DNA from: Octopus vulgaris
Lineage: Eukaryota
DNA: 64,000 nucleotides
NCBI GenBank assembly: GCA_951406725.2
Contig: OX597832.1
Span: forward strand, 3,410,001 to 3,474,000
Reading direction: 5' to 3'
Shown: one piece after another, positions 1 to 11,012 of the stretch
Numbering within the stretch: position 1 is the first letter of the stretch
Layout: each line of letters starts with the position of its first letter
Notes under the pieces: generated by a model
What the model was told of the DNA's origin: nothing
Database searches by the model: none
What the model saw: only the letters and a program-made list of their open reading frames with translations
Translations under genes and position numbers: made by a program

Positions 1-330
1 CATGCACATATATGCTTATGTATAAGATAGAATTCTTTCAATTTCCATCTTGCAAAGGCATTCACAAAGCTTTAATCAGTCTAGGGCTACAGAAAAAGAC
101 AACTACTAAAATGCCACATAGTGTAACTGAACATGAAACGATATGGTTGAGAAGTGAGCCTCTTACATATGCAATCATATATATATATATATAAATCAAA
201 GGTAAAAAACACAAGTGGAAATTGTCAAAACATACCAAGCAAGAAAAGACGATAGCACAACCATGGCAAACAGGACAAAACAAGATACACGGATCATTCG
301 CAGCCAATTAAATATATATATATTTATATG

Positions 331-362
<32 letters not shown>

Positions 363-400
363 GACACACTCACATATATATATATATATGTAAATATATA

Positions 401-1092
401 TACATATGCATGTATGGGTACAGGACATCACCAACAGTAAACAACATGAAATATGAAAACAAATGAGTTAAATACACAAACAATGAGAGAAAAATATGGC
501 AAACAGGACAAATAATACAAAGAATTCAAAGAACGACCTTCATCAGTTATTGGCTATCTATTTACTCCCATTTCGAGCAACCAAGGACAACATGAGTCTT
601 TGAAGACAGTTGCTCCCATAAATACTAAAATAAAACCTTGAATTTATGGAGGGTCAAAGTTGGGAATAAAAAACAGGACAGTGGAAATATACAAGGAAAC
701 CGAACAAAAGCAAACATGGTGGGTCGTTAGACTAGAATGAGGGTAAAATAGTGAATGCTGAGAGAAAATTTTTCTTTGAAAAGAGAAAAGATAGAAGAGA
801 GAGATTGTAGAAGTTAGTCCTTAGAATCTCCATGCAGGAAAGAAAGATGGTCACATAATGAAAAGAAAGATGGACGATGGTCACATGTGAGCAATGAGAG
901 AGAGAAAAAGCAAAAGAGAGGAAAGAGAGAGACGGATAGAAAACGGTGAAAGGTTAAGATAAACTTACTTATAAGTGGATGTGTAGTGTCTCATTTTTTC
1001 TCTCATTTGCGTATTTAACATTTAACTTATTTGTTTTCATATTTCATGTTGTTAACTGTTGGTGACGTCGTGTACTCATACATGCATATGTA
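401..1092. repeat. Inverted pair of a ~100-bp interspersed repeat end (401-498 versus 992-1092), possibly Penelope terminal-repeat derived
   Basis: tacatatgcatgtatgggtacaggacatcaccaacagtaaacaacatgaaatatgaaaacaaat is the near reverse complement of atttgttttcatatttcatgttgttaactgttggtgacgtcgtgtactcatacatgcatatgta. Both arms end at microsatellites. Confidence 0.7.
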
Positions 1093-1219
1093 TATATATA
1101 TATATATATGTATATGTATGTATGTGTGTGTGTGTGTGTGTGTGTTTGTGTGTGTGTATGCATAATTATATATTTATATTATTGTTTAAGTGAACGCCAT
1201 GCATCCATTTCCAAATAAG

Positions 1220-1273
<54 letters not shown>

Positions 1274-1299
1274 CACACACATGCACGTGTCTATGTATC

Positions 1300-1334
<35 letters not shown>

Positions 1335-1876
1335 GTATGTACATGAGTGCTCTTCTTTCATTTGTCCAATGAAAGAAGGGAAATCAACACATTTATTGGG
1401 AATTACATGTATGGATCAAAACAGATTGATTCAAATTCATTGGTACTCTGAGTTTCAAGTGTCATGCTAATCTTCTGTCATTTTAAATTTGGATGAGAGA
1501 AGTTGATTGTTATTACCATAAGGTGGACTGTGATTAGTTGAGAAGCTTATGTGATGTTGTGGTTTGATATTAGTATATCAGTGACAACAGTTGATCTTGA
1601 GTCACATGATAAAAGGACAGAGTGAGAGAGAGAGAGAGAGAGAGAGATCAGGAATGAGGAAGAAACAGGTGTGTAAAGGAGATGAATGGTTACCCAACCA
1701 TGTATATATGTATATATATATATATATGTATATATATATGTATGTATGTCTAAAAATATATACATATATATATAGGAAAATCCCCCCAAGCTAGGAACAA
1801 GCACAAAAAGACAACAATACAAGGACGTGATGCATGTAAAGTATTAGCAAATGCTCAGGGAAGGAAAGAAAGTAGG

Positions 1877-1909
1877 TTTAACGTTTCGAACAAAGATTTT
1901 CTTCAGAAA
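1877..1909 (-). ncRNA. Degenerate minimal hammerhead ribozyme motif (Penelope type)
   Basis: Minus strand reads uuu-CUGAAGA-aaaucuuuguuc-GAAAC-GUU-aaa. Both core boxes are present with a palindromic AACGUU stem III; stems I and II are weak. Confidence 0.55.
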
Positions 1910-2005
1910 TGGAGGAAAGTACAATAGAAAAGGAAGGAGGAAAAAAGATATATATATATCTCCATTTCTCTCTCTCTCTCTCTCTCTCTCCCTATATATA
2001 TATAC

Positions 2006-2062
<57 letters not shown>

Positions 2063-2080
2063 GATATATATGTATATATA

Positions 2081-2790
2081 TCATCATCATCATCATTGTT
2101 TAACAGCTGCTTTCCATGCTGGCATGGGTTGGACGGTTTGACTGAGGACTGGTGAGCCAGAAAGCTTCACCAGGCTCAATCTGATCTGGCAAAGTTTCTA
2201 CAGCTGGATGCCCTTCCTAATGCCAACCACTCTGAGAGTGTAGAGGGTGCTTTTATGTGCCACCAGCATGAGGACCATTCAAGCAGTTCTAGCAACAACC
2301 ATGCTCAAAAGGTGTTTTTTACATGCTACCTGCATGGGAGCCACTCCAGTGGCACTGGCAATGACCACACTCGAATGATACTTTTCATGTGCTACCGGCA
2401 CATATGCTGGTAAGGCGACGCTGGCAACAATCACGATCGAATGGTGCTTTTCATGTGCCACCAGCACAGGTGCCAATCCGTGGTCCTGGCAACGATCACA
2501 CTTGGATGTGCTTTTAACGTTCCACTGGCATGAGTGCCAATCAGGTGTTACTGTAATTGGCCATATCAGCAATTTTTGATTTTGATTTTTATTTCACTTG
2601 CCTCAATAGGTCTTCGCAAGCAAAGTCTATTGTCCAATAAACGAGGGGTACTCATAAGTAGACTGGTTACACCCAATGGCATAGGCCACAGGTTATGGTC
2701 TCATTTGGCTTGTTAGGTCTTCTCAAGCACAGCATATCTCCAAAGGTCTCAGTCACTGCTTCAGTAAGACCTAATGTTTGAAGGTCATTT
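2081..2790 (-). mobile_element. RTE-like LINE 3' end: end of ORF, 3' UTR hairpin array, conserved tail and (GAT)n
   Basis: Reverse complement of the tail at 38110-38283 (ggaagggcatccagctgtagaaac...ccaacccatgccagcatggaaa...gatgatgat). Five ~65-nt units at ~2245-2560; ORF-end homology at ~2700-2790. Confidence 0.85.
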
Positions 2791-3903
2791 GGCCTCTTCT
2801 ACACTAGTAAAAAGAGTTCACTAGTTAATGCTAAAACATTTGACAAATAAAGTGTGTGTGTGTGTGTGTGTGTGATAGGGCAGGTGGCCTGGCGGTAGGT
2901 ACAGGAACAGCATTTCAGTGACCTGCTGTTTGTTTTAAAGAAGAAAAAATTGGAAATATCGTTTAGTTTTGGATTTATAAAATGGCACACTGTAATGGGG
3001 TGGGGGAAGTGCTAAGGAACATGCATCAATGGGTTTCATCCATGCCCATTTCTCTTCCTGCATAGGAACAATGTCTTTACCAGTGGACATTTTGTGTTCA
3101 GCATTTATCTACATTTAAACAAGAAATGGAATATATTAGTAAAATTCAATGGAAATAATTCAATAATATATTTCATTTCTTGATATGTAAGATACAGAGT
3201 TATCACTGAAAAATCATGAAAATGAAGAAAAATGAAGTGATGAAGAGTCAATGTTTTCACAGAGAACCCCATTCACCACAAAACAAAAGAAAAAAATCTA
3301 AAATTAATTGATTGTGTTAATAAGACATACAACAGTATAACTTTCCACTGTATATAGTAATATTTAATAACAGTATCAAGAATAAATTAAGCAAAATCAT
3401 TCTGTAAATTCTAAAAGCAAAAGAAAAATTGATGTTAAACTATTAATATTTGAAAAGTAAAACTGAATTATTGAGTAAATATATAAAACTAATATACTGA
3501 ACTCTGGACAAGTTCAAAACTTGTACTAAAATTTAGTCTTTCTCATTGTCTCTCATTATTTATATTTCATGTAAATATACAAAAGTATGTTTTGATCAAC
3601 TCTAACCACTGTTTAGTTATCTGTAGTGTATTTTAGAGAAACAAAACAATTTTATAATTCTGCAATAGAAATAAGACAAAAAAAATATGTCTTAGAAGTT
3701 TGCCTCAAAACTACTTTTTTCCATGTTTAGTTTCTCTTTGTTACACCTTGAGCAATGACCTTTTATTGTTGTATTAGGTTTACCAAAATGCAAGTAAAAT
3801 GACAGGCATTAAAAAGTTAGGATTTGAAAAATTTGGAATAAGCTGCAAGTTTTTTTCTTTTAAATATATATATATCTATACATTTTTTTTGTTTTTTTTG
3901 CAG

Positions 3904-3957
3904 GCATGTAGTGGCTGTGAACCTAAATGTCTCTGCAACGGAACAAAAGGAGAACGA
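3904..3957 (+). CDS. COL4A1: Type IV collagen alpha chain (alpha1-like), exon encoding the N-terminal 7S cysteine cluster: ACSGCEPKCLCNGTKGER
   Basis: Polypyrimidine tract + CAG acceptor (3901-3903), GTAAGT donor at 3958, 54 nt, phase 0. The C-x2-C-x3-C-x-C motif running into G-x-K-G-E-R is the collagen IV 7S N-terminus and resembles nematode alpha1(IV) as I recall it. The alpha1 versus alpha2 assignment is tentative. Confidence 0.85.
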
Positions 3958-4298
3958 GTAAGTACCAGCCAATCATTAATTACTTTTGACTCTGAATAAG
4001 TGTGCAGCTTGTTAAATCACAGTTCATTTAGTATCTATTTCCTTGTTTTAAAATTCAAAAGTTTTGTCTTCTGTCCATTTTCTTACTCTTCAAACTCTTC
4101 TTGTTAGGATTGCACTCCAAAATAATTACAGTCTAATGAGCAAAAAAAAGGAAAAGAATAGAAAGGTCTGTAAAACAGATGACTTACAAGTCTGTGTAAC
4201 CCATTAAAATTTCTCATATTACTAGGAATGAATTTGGGAGAAATGTTTCTATGAAACTAAACATTAAAAATTTCAAGGAAAGAGAGAGATTATATATA

Positions 4299-4500
4299 TA
4301 TCATTGAACATCCATTGTCCATGTTGGTATGGGTTGGAAGGTTTGATCAGAGCTGGCAAGCTGGAGAACTGCACCAGACTCCAGTTTGATTTGGCATAGT
4401 TTCTATTGCTGGATGCTCTTCCCAATGCCAACTTTATGGAGTGTACTGGGTGTGACTTTATGTGACACTTCATGGGCGCTTTTATGTGACACTGCAGAGG
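4299..4500 (-). mobile_element. Short RTE-tail / SINE-tail fragment
   Basis: catccattgtccatgttggtatgggttggaagg...gctggatgctcttcccaatgccaac matches the same tail family in reverse. Confidence 0.7.
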
Positions 4501-6561
4501 ATGTGCTTATAAAATTGAGTGAAGAATCAAAGTTGAAATTCGAAGGAAATTCAAAATTTTAAAATGAGTGAAAACAAAAATAAATATAGATAATGGCAAT
4601 GACACAAGAATACAAAAATAGAGAAACTAACATGTAAAATTCTCAGAATCGTTAAGCTGGACTGAAAATAAGTTATTTTGTTATATAGAAATGTTATAAA
4701 CAAACTAGTAACTGAAGTATAAAAATACAAGAATGTCTTAGAATGAGAGAATGTAGGAATCTAGAACAGTCTATACCCTGTTATCTCATTAAGAAGAAAT
4801 AGACAAAATAAGGTAACTCAAGAATATATGTCACTATACATTATGTTAAGAGTCTACTTGAGAATATTAATTTGGCTTTTAAAAAATATTGTATCTGAAA
4901 AGAGCATACAAATGGATAAAAATTGTAAAGGTCTGGAGATTGAAGATTCCTATCTAAATCAAAGTTAACCTATTAAAAAGTTCATTTCTTTTCTGCAGAA
5001 ATCAGAGTTGGATCTCGTCCAAAATCCTTCATCTACATACTGACAGTTTCTAGATCAAACAGCTTTTTATTCTGCTCAACTTCTAACTGTCTGTTTTCTA
5101 AAACAGCAATGAAATAAAATAGGCTGATATCAGCTATTGCATTAATATACTGCAACAGTTCAAACCTGAAACTTAAGAAAAATATATGGATTTTGTAATC
5201 ACTTCATTACAAACTGATAAATTTATCGTTGGATGATTACATAATATTGTGTAACACAATTTTTCCTTGCATAGTAACTGCTATTTCCTATTTGTTTACC
5301 TCAAGAAAGTCTGAAAAATGGTTAATATTTTCTTCACACTTTGCTTTTGTTACATTTATTCAAACCCCAAAGCATTCCTTTCAACATTCCCTACTCCTGC
5401 TCATAATCAGAGATGCTCGTATTGTCAGTCACGAAGTGACATGCTCAAGTAGTTAAGATGAAACAACTTACAAGCAAATCTGTAGTAGTGAGTAGAATAT
5501 TTGCTATAATGATATTTCTGCTTCAGCAACTTGGCACTGAATCTGTCTGAAATGTAATGGAAAAGAGGTCAGTTTCAAAACATTGATGTCCAGATCACAA
5601 AAGCAAAATTTGAAGGGAATAGTAGCCTTTTCTTTTGGTTTCTAGATAGAAGCAAACAGGAATAATACTTACTGACCAAAGATAAAAAATAAAAAATATT
5701 AAAATTTTGTTGCATTGTGTGATTCATACCATTATAAATATCTATGGACAATGAATAGTGATTTCTTATTTAGACACACAACCATTACTTTGTAGAGAAA
5801 GAGTATATTTGGTTGAAACCATTTCAGAAAACTTCTGCATGATCGTTCAATCTTCTAGATATATAAAAATCACCCTCAAATCACACTCCACCATCTTAAA
5901 AACAATATAGCCCTAGAACAGTCATTGGCAAACTGCAGCCTGTGGGACTTTCTGAATGGCACACCAATGAAAAATTACCTTGAATTTTTTTAGAAGTGTG
6001 GTCCACCTAATGATGAGCCATGTCTCATGTGGTCCAAACGTATGTGCATTGTGTGTGTTTCTCTCTCTGTATGTAAGATTAGCAGGTTTCATTTGGTTGA
6101 CCTTTTGGTTGCCTGTATTCATCAGGAAATGAATAAGAAATGACAGGTGATAGGCGAATGGTTTAAAATCAACAAATGACTACAACCAGTCAAAAAAAAG
6201 CTGACTGAGCAGCATGAATTATATTTGGCCATAATTGCCTATTTTACCACTTTGGTTCCTAGCTAACTTTCAAAGGACTAGATTGTTATCCATTTGAAAT
6301 AGCCTGTGCTTAACATGATTTTGTTATTTCCAGAAAAAGGTGATTGAATTCAGAGAATATTGGAATATAAGAAAAAAAAAAAACAATAATTGATTGATCA
6401 TTAGACAAGGACTGATGGAAGAACAATTGTGAGATTTAAATTGAGGGTATAGTAATTGATAGAGGGTATAGTAATTGATAGAGAGCATACAATCTAAAAG
6501 AATAAAAATTTCCATTCTATGTGTATGAGAACGATGGCTAGAAGTATATTGAGTTCTTCAT

Positions 6562-6731
6562 AACCAGCTGATCTAGCAAGCGGGGCCTCATATCAGTGAG
6601 GGGGGCCGATGCGCATTGATGCCGTCGAGAGGTAGGCCCCAAAACGGCGCGCATTCTCTCCTGATGACCCCATACACTTGCTAGCTTCCGATATACGGAG
6701 CTTTTAACTGGTAGCACTTGCATGTGCAAGT
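6562..6731. ncRNA. Candidate structured RNA or element of unknown family (GC/CpG-rich, nested stems, potential pseudoknots)
   Basis: Six to seven nested complementary blocks plus loop-to-internal-loop complementarities. 10 CpGs in 6581-6697 against an AT-rich, CpG-poor background. No family recognised. Confidence 0.5.
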
Positions 6732-7493
6732 TGTTTGCAAGATATCTAAGAAAATGTCACCAGACAAACTTTTTTTTTATTTGGTGCAGTGAAATGGTAA
6801 ATTAATGATATGAATTTTCAAAGTAAAATGATACTCATGTACCTCTAAAGTGAAATGAGAACTGAGAATCAAAACAGGTTGCAGAAAACTTAACTGCAAT
6901 ACTTTTACATTGTAAGTAAATGGGAGACCTTATACATAAGAAACAAATGTGAAACATGCAGTAATAACAATAATAATTATAATAATAATAATAATTATAA
7001 TAATAAAAGCTTTAAACTCTACTGTCATACTTTGAGAATATGAAAGACAGCAAATACTTTCTGTGTTCTGGATTCTTATGTCTAATTTGTATTTAACCTG
7101 ATAGAAGAATGCTGTCATTTCCCTGTTTTACAGACCATCTACTAGAGTAGTATTCAGCATGCAATATCAGATAACTTCCTTTCTGTTGCATCTAGAATTT
7201 GGGTGTGTTGTATTTCTGTTGAGTGTGTTTCTCTCTGTGTATGTGGGGAGAGCAAAGGAGCCAGAGTTTTTTGACATCTTTAGCATTCCACTTCCTCCAA
7301 CTAAGATTCAAAGCTTAAGTATAACAAACTTACTCATATCAGTTACACAGACGTTTTTTTTTTTTTACCTGTTGAAAATTACTGACTGAGAAAGATAGTT
7401 TGATGAATCGTTTCGGATGCAGACAGACAAATGATAAAATAGTGGGAAATTGTGTCTATCTCTTCACACACATATGCACATGTATATTTACAT

Positions 7494-7575
<82 letters not shown>

Positions 7576-7707
7576 TCATGCACGTGTATACAAGTAAGTC
7601 TTAGAGTTAGCTGCTTAGAGGAACATGGCTGAACTACCCTGAATAAAGAACTCAAAGTATTAGGGTTGATTATCAACATGTTTTATTGAATCAGCAGGTC
7701 CAATAAA

Positions 7708-7760
<53 letters not shown>

Positions 7761-7789
7761 GAGAGAGAGAGAGAGAGAGTTATTGAGTA

Positions 7790-8660
7790 ACCATAAAAAG
7801 AAGTGCCACTGCAAGACCTTATGGTTCTCTCCCCACTTCTCCCTAAACATCCAGACATGCATAGGTAAGATTTTTCTTAGGTTGGTTGATAAGCTTTTCA
7901 TGTGATCACACAAATATAGAAAGATCTTTAACAGACATAATTTAAGAATCAGTGTTGAGAAAAAATTACTTAGCACTCCTAAGCCATGGACAGAGGCAGG
8001 TTGTTCATGCAGGATTAGAAATGAATGCCCAGTGGATGCCTGATGTAACACTGAGGCAACAGTGTACCTAGCAAAGGTGGCCTCAAACAGAAACATTACA
8101 AATATCAGTAACATCAATGCCAATACTGGGACATACACTAAAATTTATGTTGGATCTTGTGAATCAAAATTTAAAATTCGCCTGAACAACCACAGATGTT
8201 CTTTCGGGGTCCTGGAGAGATGTAACACAACAAAAATCACAGCATATGTATGGTGCCTAAAGAACGATCATACACCCTTTAACATCAGGTGGAAATTACT
8301 GGAAACTTGTGGACCCTACCACAATGGAACAAGGTTGTGTAAAATGTGTATGGCAGAAAGATATATTATCCTCATGCACTCACATGAGCCACAAGGCTAC
8401 TTAAACACAAGAATGAAAGCTGTGGCGAGTTGTACACATTTTCGGAAATTTTTACTTCGAAATTGGAAAACCTAGCTATCAAGTGATGGATGACAACTCG
8501 CCTGGCCATGACTTTTTAAGAGGAATGTTTCTTGAAATATCAATGGCGCTCTTATGTTTAAAAACAAACATTCTTTGCTGACAACAGTTATTGTTTAGAG
8601 AAACCGAAGAGATGTCTAGTTCATGCTAGATAGGAAACCAATGGTTTTTTTCTAAACTAT
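7790..8660 (+). mobile_element. Penelope-like element 3' fragment: linker, Cys-rich region, GIY-YIG endonuclease, terminal repeat
   Basis: LWFSPHFS...IGKIFLRLVDK...HKYRKIFNRHNLRIS, CSCRIRNECPV, then ORF 8062-8475 VYLAKV...KIYVGSCESKFKIRLNNHRCSF...FNIRWKLL...CKMCMAERYII...YLNTR...CTHFRKFLL. Upstream part has stops. Confidence 0.88.
8593..8657 (+). ncRNA. Type I hammerhead ribozyme motif with U4C core change, downstream of the Penelope endonuclease ORF
   Basis: 11-bp stem I (gtttagagaaa/tttttctaaac), CCGAAGA in place of CUGAAGA, stem II tgtctag/ctagata, GAAA, near-palindromic stem III accaatggt, GUU cleavage triplet. Confidence 0.75.
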
Positions 8661-8936
8661 TACGTAACACACACAAAAATATATGAATATATACATATAA
8701 ATATGAATATAAATAAATATAAATTAAAGATATATGGAAACATGTGGTTAAGGAGTAAACTTCTTACCACACAGCCATGCCTGCATCTAATTAATAATTA
8801 ATTATCAAATAAATTAGATACGAATAATTAATTAAATAATTAGTTAATTAGATAATGAAACTGAAGTGAATATACAACTTTTAGCGGTGTGTTATTTTAA
8901 TTAGCAGCATGAAATTTCCAATATACATGATTATGT

Positions 8937-8987
<51 letters not shown>

Positions 8988-9937
8988 TGTGTGTGTGTGT
9001 GTATCTATGTATGTATTTATGTATATATGGTGCTATTAAATTAGACATGACCAGGACCAAGAACCCAAGTATTATATATATACATAAATCTTCCTCTGTC
9101 TCTCTCTCTAAATATATATATATCCCATTCTTTTATTATATCTTTACTAGGAATGTCAACCACAACAAACTGGGTTTCTTAGAGTAAATCTAATTCTCAT
9201 TTGTTTAATAGAAAATGGTAGTAAACATGAAGATCATATGTCCCTTGAGAATTTGTAGACATTGCATTTAATTTATAAACTGTCCTTTGTCTTTGTGCTC
9301 TCTTTTATTTTAAAGGAGAGATAAAAGAATCATGTGAATTATTCTGTATGCTTCCTTGTATGTTATATGGTTAATAATTTTAGTCTTTCCATTTATCTCC
9401 CATCCAAAGGATACACAAATTCTAAAATGTTGTGAGTTTTAGCATGAATAGTAAAACAGTACATAAAATTAACATATGGGAAGCTGATTATTAAGATACT
9501 TTCTCAATGAACTCAGTCTAGCAAATGTTAGATAATGCCTGCTTGCAGATTTAATAAGCAAGACATTATGAAGTATTAACAGATGCTGAATCATGACACC
9601 CAGTAATTTAAAAACACCAAAAACCTCTAATCCAATGTCCTTCAATTAATTTGCCATTCTTCAAGGACCCCATCTACTACTTATGTTATACATTATATTC
9701 TTATATTATAAGGGCCAGCAATTACTGATTTTATTTTAACAAGTTTATTGTTGATCATGGGAAAAACTGGTACCACCCTTTTATAATTTTTTCATTGTCC
9801 CAAAACAGAATCAGCTTTCCACTTTAGTTACATAGCAACGGGCTTCCAGAATTGGTGGTAATGACTATAATGATGAATACAATCTAATATCATACACTTG
9901 TTTACTTGTTATACATAGAAGTTATTAGTTTATAGCT

Positions 9938-10165
9938 GGTTGGCATCCTTTTTGTCTCGGGAGACAATGGAGTTGCACATAAAATAATCTGGTCCGGCTT
10001 TTTCTGCTGTGGCTGTGTAGCCCTGTCCTGGACAAACACTCTCTCTGGCAGGTGCCGCAAATGTAGCGAAGACTGTTCCTGGCTGGTTGTAATGTCATAG
10101 TTTCTTGTTGACGTCTTTTCTTGTCTTTCCATTTCTCCTCTCTCTCTGTCACTCCTTTGTATTCC
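9938..10165 (-). mobile_element. RTE-clade LINE 3' fragment with C-terminal C2H2-like motif
   Basis: Minus frame ...RYICGTCQRECLSRTGLHSHSRK followed by the short 3' UTR ccattgtctcccgagacaaaaaggatgccaac. Confidence 0.75.
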
Positions 10166-10481
10166 CTCTTTTATATAAATATATAAATGATGGCTTGGAG
10201 AATAAACCAAATATTCCTTCACAAATAGGTATATGTATATATATGTGTCTAAATGTGTGCATATATATATATAGGCACACACAAATGCATGAATAGGTTT
10301 CTGAGTGAATATATGTGTGTATGTGTATATATATACATACCTGAGAGCAAATGACAGAAAGTATAATCTTAGGAATATATCACATTTGGTTAGAGTTATC
10401 TGTATTTAATAACGGTTAACTCAGCCCCACATTACTTTATGTAATGTCACTTATTAAGGTTTCTCTAAAGATATTCTATAG

Positions 10482-10936
10482 ATATGACGCGACCTTTCAT
10501 GTACATGTTGCTAAACTGACAATGAAATGTAGATGGCTGGCTGGCTGGATTTTTAGAACAAGAGAACAAGAAACCATGATGGTCCTCTGGAAGACACTTG
10601 TCCTAAGCCACTTTGACTATTGCTCTCAGCTATGGTCACCATCCAGTGTCAAGTTGATCACAGAACTTGAGGCGATCCAACGAAGCTACACAAAGAAGAT
10701 AGCCTCTATGCAGAATGTAAGCTACTGGGAAAGACTCAAGAGATTAAAATTATATTCCCTGGAGCGTAGGTGGGAAAGATATGCCATAATATACATCTGG
10801 AAGATCCTGGAGGGAAGTGTCCTGAACTTTGGCATCGAGAGTTACGCAAATGCCAGAACTGGGCGCCACTGCGTGGTGCCTAGGACTCCAAACCTGCCAT
10901 CAAGATGTAGGACAAGATTCTGTGATAGCCTGGGCT
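10482..10936 (+). mobile_element. CR1/L2-group LINE ORF2 C-terminal fragment
   Basis: LWKTLVLSHFDYCSQLWSP...LEAIQRSYTKKI...SYWERLKRLKLYSLERRWERYAIIYIWKIL. Confidence 0.88.
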
Positions 10937-10941
10937 ATCAC

Positions 10942-11012
10942 ATCAAATGGCGGTGCCCCAGCATGGCCACAGCTCATAAGCTGAAACTAGAATCAATCAA
11001 TCAATCAATCAA
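10942..11012 (+). mobile_element. SINE 3' tail fragment ending in (ATCA)n
   Basis: ggcggtgccccagcatggccacagc...ctgaaact matches the SINE tails at 44255-44310 and 61380-61430. Confidence 0.6.

Noticed and set aside
3778-3793. Possible 16-nt micro-exon (ag|gtttaccaaaatgcaa|gtaaaa) upstream of the cysteine exon
   Set aside because: Weak donor and no recognisable peptide; cannot be supported without transcripts.
6661-6700. CTGATGA in the GC island as a hammerhead core or snoRNA box C
   Set aside because: No downstream GAAA with stem II and no appropriately placed box D; the word is part of a stem instead.
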